This document shows, one piece after another, positions 55,960 to 64,000 of a stretch of 64,000 bases of DNA. A program made the position numbers and the translations under genes. The stretch is from an uncultured Alphaproteobacteria bacterium (GTDB lineage: Bacteria; Pseudomonadota; Alphaproteobacteria; Rs-D84; CACZYB01): positions 434,964 through 498,963 of the forward strand of contig CAKQHZ010000001.1 of NCBI GenBank assembly GCA_934246625.1, written 5' to 3'. Numbering within the stretch: position 1 is the first letter of the stretch; every line of letters starts with the position of its first letter. A model generated the notes under the pieces. That model was not told the DNA's origin. It saw only the letters and a list, made by a program, of their open reading frames with translations, and made no database searches.

Positions 55960-56604
55960 TTATTTTATGTATTTGTATTCTTCAATGACAAAACCAAGAG
56001 GATTTTTCCACATTGATTTTGTATCCTTTTTATATGGAGTTTCAAGAAACTTTGCCTTTATTTGGATTTTTTTAATTTCTGTTCGTTTGTTTAATCCGTA
56101 TTCGTCTGTTATGTTTAGGGTTGCTAATGCTTCCCATAAATTTAGTTTTGAATGATATTGAATGTCATCAGGATTTATTGAAACGGTTATTATTTCCTTA
56201 TTTGGATTTAAAATACCGTTTTTGAAATCTGAACTTGTGTAAAAAGATTTGTATGTGTTTTCTGTGCTCATAAAAAATAAATTGCTGTCTATACCCCAAA
56301 GTTGTCGCATTTTAACTGGATTTGTGTATAGGCTTTCACGTTCAATAATGTATTGAATTATGTATGATTTTGCAATTTGATAGCCCACAGAATTTTGTGA
56401 AATGTTTAAATTTGATGCACGTTGGATATATAAAGTTTCGATATTTTTATCTTGTGCTTCGACAAAAAAAGCCTCCCACTTTGTTTGTGGAGCAATTTTA
56501 TTTAATGAAAATATAAGGACAATGTTGAGTATTATGCTTAGGGCAATAAAAATACCAAAAATTCTTAAAAGCCATAAATATCTTTGTTCGTCAATTTTTT
56601 TCAA
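55960..56604 (-). CDS. virB8: Type IV secretion system protein VirB8 (214 aa)
   Basis: Short cytoplasmic N-terminus, single TM (LWLLRIFGIFIALSIILNIVLIF), NTF2-like periplasmic domain ending ...KNPLGFVIEEYKYIK (VirB8 NPLGF signature). Confidence 0.7.
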   Translation of the reverse strand: MKKIDEQRYLWLLRIFGIFIALSIILNIVLIFSLNKIAPQTKWEAFFVEAQDKNIETLYIQRASNLNISQNSVGYQIAKSYIIQYIIERESLYTNPVKMRQLWGIDSNLFFMSTENTYKSFYTSSDFKNGILNPNKEIITVSINPDDIQYHSKLNLWEALATLNITDEYGLNKRTEIKKIQIKAKFLETPYKKDTKSMWKNPLGFVIEEYKYIK

Positions 56605-56671
56605 TTATTCTCTCCTTATAATTATAGTTCATATAATAATCTTATTCTTTGAAAATTTCAAGTAAATATAA

Positions 56672-58225
<1,554 letters not shown>

Positions 58226-58228
58226 GCT

Positions 58229-58609
58229 GTGAAACTTAAAATTATTGCACCGTTGGAAATGTATGAAGTAGATGATGTTGATGTTGTCTATGCCGAAGGT
58301 ATGGAAGGCTATTTTACAATACTTCCTTTGCATGCGGACTATACAACTTCTTTGGAAACATCGGTGTTTAGATATAAAAAAGGTGGAAAAGAATTTATTT
58401 TTGCAGTTGATGGTGGTGTTCTTGTAAAAATGGGTGATGAAGTTCGTATTGCAATAAGGCATATTATAAAGGGCGATAGTCTTTTGGATTTGAAAAAACA
58501 AATGCAAAAAGAGTTTTTTGAAATTGATGATAATGAAAGAAAAACACGAACTGCTCTTGCTTCATTAGAGGGAAATATTGCAAAACTTTTGTTGGAATTA
58601 AGTGAGTAG
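58229..58609 (+). CDS. atpC: ATP synthase epsilon subunit (GTG start)
   Basis: 126 aa. Beta-sandwich plus helical hairpin pattern. Immediately follows atpD with SD AAGAGGA. Confidence 0.85.
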   Translation: MKLKIIAPLEMYEVDDVDVVYAEGMEGYFTILPLHADYTTSLETSVFRYKKGGKEFIFAVDGGVLVKMGDEVRIAIRHIIKGDSLLDLKKQMQKEFFEIDDNERKTRTALASLEGNIAKLLLELSE

Positions 58610-58617
58610 AGGTTGAT

Positions 58618-58962
58618 ATGGTAAAAGAGGGAAATATTCAAAATAAAAATAGTTCCAAAATTGATAAGGATATGGAAATTACTGTGTCAAAAAAAATTGA
58701 TAGGAAACTTCTTGCTGGTCCTAAAAAAAATTTTGTGATACGTGCATTTTCTTTGTTCGGGCTTGTTGGGTGGAGTATTGTAATACCTGCTGTGCTTTGT
58801 GCATATATTGGTATGTGGTTTGATGAAAAGTATAAATCTGCATCAATTTCATATACTTTTTATTTTATATTATTTGGACTTTTGGCTGGCTGTTATAATG
58901 CTTTTCGTTGGATAAAAAGAGAAAAAGAAAGATTGGATAAGGAGGATAGTTATTATGGATAA
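58618..58962 (+). CDS. atpQ: N-ATPase accessory membrane protein AtpQ-like (AtpZ/AtpI-like, 114 aa, 2 TM)
   Basis: Small two-helix membrane protein between atpC and atpB, as in N-ATPase operons. Confidence 0.5.
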   Translation: MVKEGNIQNKNSSKIDKDMEITVSKKIDRKLLAGPKKNFVIRAFSLFGLVGWSIVIPAVLCAYIGMWFDEKYKSASISYTFYFILFGLLAGCYNAFRWIKREKERLDKEDSYYG

Positions 58963-59269
58963 AATTCTTCATTATTTAGTAATTATTTTTGCAACTGGTT
59001 TGTTTAGTGTTATTTATTTTGCTATGCTTAAATCTGGTATGACAAAGGTTTTACAAAGAAGTAGGGAGCTTAATTATGTTGAAATGAATTATTTGTATGG
59101 TTCGTTTTTGTTAAGGTTTTTCCTTGCTGGTGTTTTTTTCTTTTTTATATTAAAATATTATAAACGTTTAGATGAAATTATTTTGGTTGTGGCAACCTTT
59201 GTTTTTATAAGATATTTGGAAATAAAATTTGAAAAATCAAAAATAAAAAAGGGAAATAATAATCAATGA
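58955..59269 (+). CDS. atpR: N-ATPase accessory membrane protein AtpR-like (104 aa, membrane-embedded Arg)
   Basis: Hydrophobic protein with an Arg inside the predicted helix (LLRFFLAG). Overlaps atpQ and atpB by 8 and 4 nt. Confidence 0.5.
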   Translation: MDKILHYLVIIFATGLFSVIYFAMLKSGMTKVLQRSRELNYVEMNYLYGSFLLRFFLAGVFFFFILKYYKRLDEIILVVATFVFIRYLEIKFEKSKIKKGNNNQ

Positions 59270-60033
59270 ATATAAGTCCAGATGAAATTGTATTATTTAA
59301 AATTCCAATGATGCTTTTTGGAAAGTTCTTTTATATTGATATAAATATGACTTTGGTTGGCACATGGGGAATTATGATTTTTATGTTATTATTTTTCCGA
59401 TATTTAACAAGAAATTTTAATAGCTCATTTAAACTTTCACCTCTTCAAAATGGTATAGAAGTTGTTGTAAAGTTTGTAAGGGACCAAATTGAAGGTATGA
59501 TGGGAAGAAAGGCCGATAAATTTATTCCAATTATTGGAAGTTTGTTTATTTTTATTTTGATTTCAAATTGGAGTTCTTTGCTTCCAATACCTTTTTTTGT
59601 TAATGGAGAGATTGAGTGGTATATGCCTCCAACAGCATCAATTTCAACTACCGCTGGGCTTTCAATTTGTGTGATGAGTTCGGTTGTAGTGTTTGGTATG
59701 GCAAAACTTGGCTTTTTTGCTTATTTTAAAAGATTTTTTGAACCAGTGTTTTTCCTTTTTCCACTTAATGTTTTAAGTGAGATTTCAAATGGTGTTTCAT
59801 TGGCGATAAGACTTTATGGTAATATTATGAGTGGAGGATTGTTAGCAACAATACTTTTTGCTTTGGCTCCGCTTTTTTTACCGGGACTTATAAATATTTA
59901 TGGGCTTCTTGCTGGAACTATACAACCATATATTTTTTCTGTGCTTGCTATGGTGTATATAAGTGCTGGTATGGGAGATCCAACGGAATCTGAGGAAGAA
60001 GAACTTATGAAATTACAACTTTCAAGGATTTAA
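59266..60033 (+). CDS. atpB: ATP synthase a subunit
   Basis: Five-TM a-subunit pattern with the conserved Arg in ...SLAIRLYGNIMSGG. Confidence 0.85.
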   Translation: MNISPDEIVLFKIPMMLFGKFFYIDINMTLVGTWGIMIFMLLFFRYLTRNFNSSFKLSPLQNGIEVVVKFVRDQIEGMMGRKADKFIPIIGSLFIFILISNWSSLLPIPFFVNGEIEWYMPPTASISTTAGLSICVMSSVVVFGMAKLGFFAYFKRFFEPVFFLFPLNVLSEISNGVSLAIRLYGNIMSGGLLATILFALAPLFLPGLINIYGLLAGTIQPYIFSVLAMVYISAGMGDPTESEEEELMKLQLSRI

Positions 60034-60071
60034 TTTAACTTTATAATAACAAAAAGAAAGGAAGGTATAAT

Positions 60072-60353
60072 ATGGATATGGGTTTAGTTTGGATTGCAGT
60101 TGCATCTGTGATTGGCGCTTCTTTTGCTGTGGGTCTTGGTGGTATTGCTCCATCACTTGCAGAAGGTGGTGCCGTTAAGCAAACTTTGGCATCTATGGCT
60201 CAACAACCAGATGAAGCAAGTAATTTAAGAAGCACTTTGTTTGTTTCTTTGGCTATGCTTGAATCTACTGCTATTTATGCGTTGTTAGTAGCTATGATTT
60301 TGATTTTTAGTAATCCATTTTGGAACTATGCAGTTGCAAATGTTGCAAAATAA
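60072..60353 (+). CDS. atpE: ATP synthase c subunit (93 aa) with Na+-type binding motif
   Basis: Helical hairpin. Second helix ...AMLESTAIYALLVAMILIFSNPF carries the E-S-T...Y ligands seen in Na+-binding c-rings (compare I. tartaricus [22 protein letters not shown]). Confidence 0.9.
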   Translation: MDMGLVWIAVASVIGASFAVGLGGIAPSLAEGGAVKQTLASMAQQPDEASNLRSTLFVSLAMLESTAIYALLVAMILIFSNPFWNYAVANVAK

Positions 60354-60378
60354 AATTTTTAAAATTTAAGGATTTATT

Positions 60379-61170
60379 ATGAATATAAATTGGAGCACTG
60401 TTTTTTTTCAGATTGTAAATTTCTTACTGATTATTTGGATACTTAAAAAATATCTTTTTAAGCCTGTTTTGATGTCTATGGATAAGCGTGAAAAGGCTAT
60501 TCAATCACGACTTAAAGATGCAGAAGAGGCAAAAATTTTGACTGAAAAAGAACGAGAGAATCTTAAGGCAAAAATTGCTCAAATTGAAAAAATGAAAAAT
60601 GATGTGTTGGCAGAAGCATATAAAAAAGCCGATAATGAACAAGCAATCCTTATTAAAACTTTGAAAGCAGAAATTCAAGGTAAAAGAATTGCTAATGATG
60701 AGCAAATGAGGCAAGAACGAGAAGCTCTTAAATCTTCAATTAAAGATATTGCAGGAGAAACCATTATCAATACGGTTTCTTCTGCTTTGTCAGATTTGGC
60801 AAATGTTAATATTCAAAATGTTATATTGGAAAATTTTACACAAAGACTTTTTTCTGGGGAAATTGAAAAAATTGATGAATTAAAAAAGTTTTATAGGGAA
60901 TTTAATCATATTATTATTAACACATCGTTTGATTTAGATGTGGAAGAAGAAAACAGAATTAAAGAGGCTCTTACAAAACTTTTGGGTGAAGAGGTTAATG
61001 TTGATTTCAGAGTAGATAAATCGATTTTGTGTGGAATAGAGGTTGTTTGTGAATCTCTTTTGATTAGTTTTGGTATGAATACTTATATAAAGGCGTTAAA
61101 AGTAAATCTTGATAATAAGATTGCAGAGTTGACTAAAACAGAAGAACCAGTTGATGCAAATGATGAATAG
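60379..61170 (+). CDS. atpF: ATP synthase b subunit, extended (263 aa); no separate delta gene
   Basis: N-terminal TM followed by a long charged coiled coil. About 100 aa longer than canonical b. Position between c and alpha. Confidence 0.7.
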   Translation: MNINWSTVFFQIVNFLLIIWILKKYLFKPVLMSMDKREKAIQSRLKDAEEAKILTEKERENLKAKIAQIEKMKNDVLAEAYKKADNEQAILIKTLKAEIQGKRIANDEQMRQEREALKSSIKDIAGETIINTVSSALSDLANVNIQNVILENFTQRLFSGEIEKIDELKKFYREFNHIIINTSFDLDVEEENRIKEALTKLLGEEVNVDFRVDKSILCGIEVVCESLLISFGMNTYIKALKVNLDNKIAELTKTEEPVDANDE

Positions 61171-61181
61171 GGGAATATGAA

Positions 61182-62696
61182 ATGCTTACAGAAGTTATTA
61201 AAGATACTTTGAATGATTTGAATGCCGTTTCAAAAGAAACAAAGGCAAGTGTTATTTCAGAAGAAATTGGTGAAGTTATTGAAATTGTCGGTAATGTTGT
61301 AAGGGCAACTGGACTTTCTTCTGTAAAAATGGACGAGCTTGTAAAAATAAAGGATTCTATGGGTATTGTTATCAACCTTAATGAAGATAGTGTTGGTATA
61401 GTTCTTCTTGATAATGCACAAAATATAGAAGCAGGTGAAAAGGTTAAACGCACTGGAAGAATTGCTGATGTGCCAGTTGGTAAAGAATTGCTTGGTAGGG
61501 TTGTTGACCCTCTTGGTAATCCATTAGATGGTGGAAATAAAATTATTACAAAGGACAGATATAATATTGAACGTGAAGCGCATCAAATTATGGAAAGACG
61601 CGAAGTTTCAGTTCCTTTGCAAACTGGACTTAAGGCAGTTGATGCGATTATCCCAATAGGTCGTGGACAACGAGAACTTATCCTTGGGGACAGACAAACA
61701 GGTAAAACAGCATTGGCGGTTGATACTATATTGGCACAAAAAAATACAGGTGTGATTTGTGTTTATTGTGCTATTGGAAGTAGGGCTGATAGTGTCGCAA
61801 AAGTTATTGATGTTTTGAAGCAAAATGATTGTATGAAAAATACTATTGTTGTTGTTGCAAGTGGTGAAAGTTCTCCTGGGCTTTTGTATATTGCACCGTA
61901 TGCTGCAACTTCTATGGCAGAATATTTTATGGAACGTGAGGGAAAAGATGTTCTTATTATCTATGATAATTTGACTTTCCATGCACAGGCATATAGACAG
62001 CTTTCTTTGTTCCTTCGTAGGGCTCCTGGTAGAGAGGCTTATCCAGGTGATATTTTCTATGTTCATTCCAGATTGTTGGAACGTTCAACTCGATTGAGAG
62101 AAGAATTTGGCGGTGGTTCTTTGACTGCATTGCCAATATGTGAAACTTTGGCTGAAAATATTTCTGCATATATTCCAACAAACCTTATATCCATTACTGA
62201 TGGACAAATATTTTTAACAAATACTTTGTTCCAAAAGGGTATTATTCCAGCAATCAATATAGGTATTTCGGTTTCTCGTGTGGGGTCAAAGGCACAACTT
62301 CCTGCTTATAAAGCAGTGGCTGGAGATATGAAAATCTCATATTCTCAATTTGAGGAGTTAGAGGCGTTTTCAAAATTTGGAACACAGCTTGATGAAGATA
62401 CAAGAAAAACTTTGCGACGTGGTGAAAGAATTAGAGAAATTTTAAAACAACCTCAATACAAACCTCTTCGTGCATCAGAACAAATTGTGGTGATTTATGC
62501 AACAAATATTGGTGTGTTTGATGATGTGGATTTGGATAAACTTGCATTGGTGCAAGATGAACTTATTAAACGTGCCAATATAGAAATTAAAAATGTTTTA
62601 GATGATATTGATAATGGTTCAAAACTTCATGACAGCTTTAAAGAAAAAATTAAAAAATTGGCTGAAGATGTGGCAAAAAAATATATAGAGGAATAA
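61182..62696 (+). CDS. atpA: ATP synthase alpha subunit
   Basis: Walker A GDRQTGKTA, 504 aa, conserved alpha-subunit core. Confidence 0.95.
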   Translation: MLTEVIKDTLNDLNAVSKETKASVISEEIGEVIEIVGNVVRATGLSSVKMDELVKIKDSMGIVINLNEDSVGIVLLDNAQNIEAGEKVKRTGRIADVPVGKELLGRVVDPLGNPLDGGNKIITKDRYNIEREAHQIMERREVSVPLQTGLKAVDAIIPIGRGQRELILGDRQTGKTALAVDTILAQKNTGVICVYCAIGSRADSVAKVIDVLKQNDCMKNTIVVVASGESSPGLLYIAPYAATSMAEYFMEREGKDVLIIYDNLTFHAQAYRQLSLFLRRAPGREAYPGDIFYVHSRLLERSTRLREEFGGGSLTALPICETLAENISAYIPTNLISITDGQIFLTNTLFQKGIIPAINIGISVSRVGSKAQLPAYKAVAGDMKISYSQFEELEAFSKFGTQLDEDTRKTLRRGERIREILKQPQYKPLRASEQIVVIYATNIGVFDDVDLDKLALVQDELIKRANIEIKNVLDDIDNGSKLHDSFKEKIKKLAEDVAKKYIEE

Positions 62697-62697
62697 A

Positions 62698-63615
62698 ATG
62701 CAAACTCTTGAAGGACTTAAACGCAGAATTAAAACGACTACTTCTCTTAAGGATATTGTAAGTAGTATGAAAACTTTGTCTGCGGTAAGTGTGGGACAAT
62801 ATGAAAAGTCAACAAAGGCATTGGAAAATTATGTCGATGTCATTGAACAAGGTTTGCAAGTTGTTTTGAAGGATATTACTTTCCCTAATGTAAAAGAAAA
62901 GCCAATTCAAAATCAAAAGGTAATTGCAATTTTGATTGGTTCGGACCAAGGATTGGTTGGTAAGTTTAATAAGGTTATTTCTGATTATGCCTTTAGATAT
63001 TTTAGGGATAATAATATTGATAAAAAAGATATAACTCTTATTGTTGCAGGACGAAGTTTGGCACCAAAGGTTTTAAGTGAAGGTTGGAATATTGATACTT
63101 TGTTTTCTATGCCAAGTTCTGTGAAAATGATGGTTGCAGTTGCAAAAAAGATTATTTTGCGATTAAAGGATATCGCTTTTAAAGATGATAAAGATGCTTT
63201 ATTAAATTTTGCAAAAAATAACCTTAAAGTTTTGGTTTTCTTTAATAAAAAAATTGATGCAGTAAGTTTTGGGCAAAATATGTATCAGCTTTTGCCTGTG
63301 GATATAAATTATTTGAAAACAGTGAAATTAAGAAAGTGGAATACTAAGCAAATTCCAATGTATAATGCAAATAGTGCAAAGTTGTTTTCATCATTTTTAA
63401 GACAATTATTGTTTGTGAATATTTATCGAATTATTTCACAAAGTTTGTCTGCGGAACATTTTACTCGTATGATAACAATGCAAAATGCTGAAAAAAATAT
63501 TGATGAACATTTGGAAGAAATGAATCTTGAATATCAACAAAGACGTCAAACAGAAATTACAAATGAACTTTTAGATGTTGTAATTGGTGCAGAAGTTTTA
63601 AAATCCAAAAAGTAA
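62698..63615 (+). CDS. atpG: ATP synthase gamma subunit
   Basis: 305 aa. N- and C-terminal coiled-coil helices (MQTLEGLKRRIKTTTSLKDIVSSMKTLSAVS..., ...ITNELLDVVIGAEVL). Follows atpA with 1-nt spacing. Confidence 0.85.
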   Translation: MQTLEGLKRRIKTTTSLKDIVSSMKTLSAVSVGQYEKSTKALENYVDVIEQGLQVVLKDITFPNVKEKPIQNQKVIAILIGSDQGLVGKFNKVISDYAFRYFRDNNIDKKDITLIVAGRSLAPKVLSEGWNIDTLFSMPSSVKMMVAVAKKIILRLKDIAFKDDKDALLNFAKNNLKVLVFFNKKIDAVSFGQNMYQLLPVDINYLKTVKLRKWNTKQIPMYNANSAKLFSSFLRQLLFVNIYRIISQSLSAEHFTRMITMQNAEKNIDEHLEEMNLEYQQRRQTEITNELLDVVIGAEVLKSKK

Positions 63616-63678
63616 GTTGCTAGTTTTTGATTTTTAATGTAATATAATTTTATAATATAAATAAAAAAGGAGGCTAAT

Positions 63679-64000
63679 ATGGTTAAAGATAAAAAAGTAA
63701 AATCAACTAAGTTTAAAAAAATATCAATGGTAATTTTTTTCCTTTTATTGATTGTTGCAATAGCATTTGGGGTAAAGTCATTTTTCCCATGTAGCAAAAT
63801 GAAAAAGGAAACTTATAAAATTACTTCTTTTGATGGTAGAGTGAAAAAAGCAAAGTTTGATTTGGAAGTTGCCGATAATAACGAAGCAAGATTAAAAGGT
63901 TTGATGTATAGAAAAAGTCTTCCTGAAAATACAGGTATGATTTTTGATTTTGAAAAACCAGATTATTATGCAATGTGGATGAAAAATACTTATGTTCCTT
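63679..64000 (+). CDS. DUF192-family protein (partial, runs off window)
   Basis: SD AAAAGGAGG. TM/signal, then ...FDLEVADNNEARLKGLMYRKSLPENTGMIFDF...YAMWMKNTYVP, typical of DUF192/COG1430. Confidence 0.6.
   Translation, partial: MVKDKKVKSTKFKKISMVIFFLLLIVAIAFGVKSFFPCSKMKKETYKITSFDGRVKKAKFDLEVADNNEARLKGLMYRKSLPENTGMIFDFEKPDYYAMWMKNTYVP

Noticed and set aside
63546-63797. 83-aa minus-strand ORF overlapping the atpG 3' end and the DUF192 gene start
   Set aside because: Antisense to two supported genes, with no SD.

Overview
This is an AT-rich (about 30% GC) bacterial chromosome segment of alphaproteobacterial type, and it is densely coding on both strands. Gene content points to a host-associated or intracellular lineage of Rickettsiales/Holosporales type: a MucR/Ros regulator, a type-2 IleS, a scattered rvh-like type IV secretion system, Omp25/31-like and BamA-Skp-LpxD-FabZ envelope genes, and a tRNA-His that keeps G-1. 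This placement is an inference. Housekeeping genes identified are lpxL-lpxC-ruvC, dnaN, tig, tsf-rpsB, ileS, mnmG, a PBP1A, folD, grpE, the rimP-nusA-infB operon, clpP, rubrerythrin-hpf, rpmJ, rseP-bamA-skp-lpxD-fabZ, tsaB and lptF/G. There are also 3 tRNAs (Leu-TAG, His-GTG, Leu-CAA) and several clear rho-independent terminators. T4SS genes are split over three loci: virB3-virB4; a VirB2-like pilin; and virB8-virB9-virB10 with a convergent virB11. The last 7 kb is an N-type ATPase operon (atpD-C-Q-R-B-E-F-A-G, no delta subunit, c subunit with Na+-type ESTxxY motif). The most unusual content is a family of Sec-signal, cysteine-rich, eukaryote-like secreted proteins in three loci (23.7-25.2 kb, 32.0-36.5 kb, 43.7-44.9 kb). 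They carry CxxCxxGxY...CxxCPxG repeats of ephrin-receptor/TNFR type, a glycine-rich ALK/LTK-like domain, poly-Ser and KR-rich NLS-like tails, and a shared QYCVPxxGNCDxKATY module. One copy sits on a ~1.15 kb island of about 43% GC that replaces the expected lpxA-lpxB after fabZ. Two of the genes have long GC-richer leaders sharing a CCCCA(A)CC...GGGGAG hairpin element. Other oddities are a GrpE with a metallothionein-like N-terminus, a radical SAM enzyme with its SPASM-like domain at the N-terminus, a VirB9 fused to a SPOR-like domain, and an LpxL with a 120-aa membrane extension. No CRISPR array, IS element, integrase or rRNA was seen.
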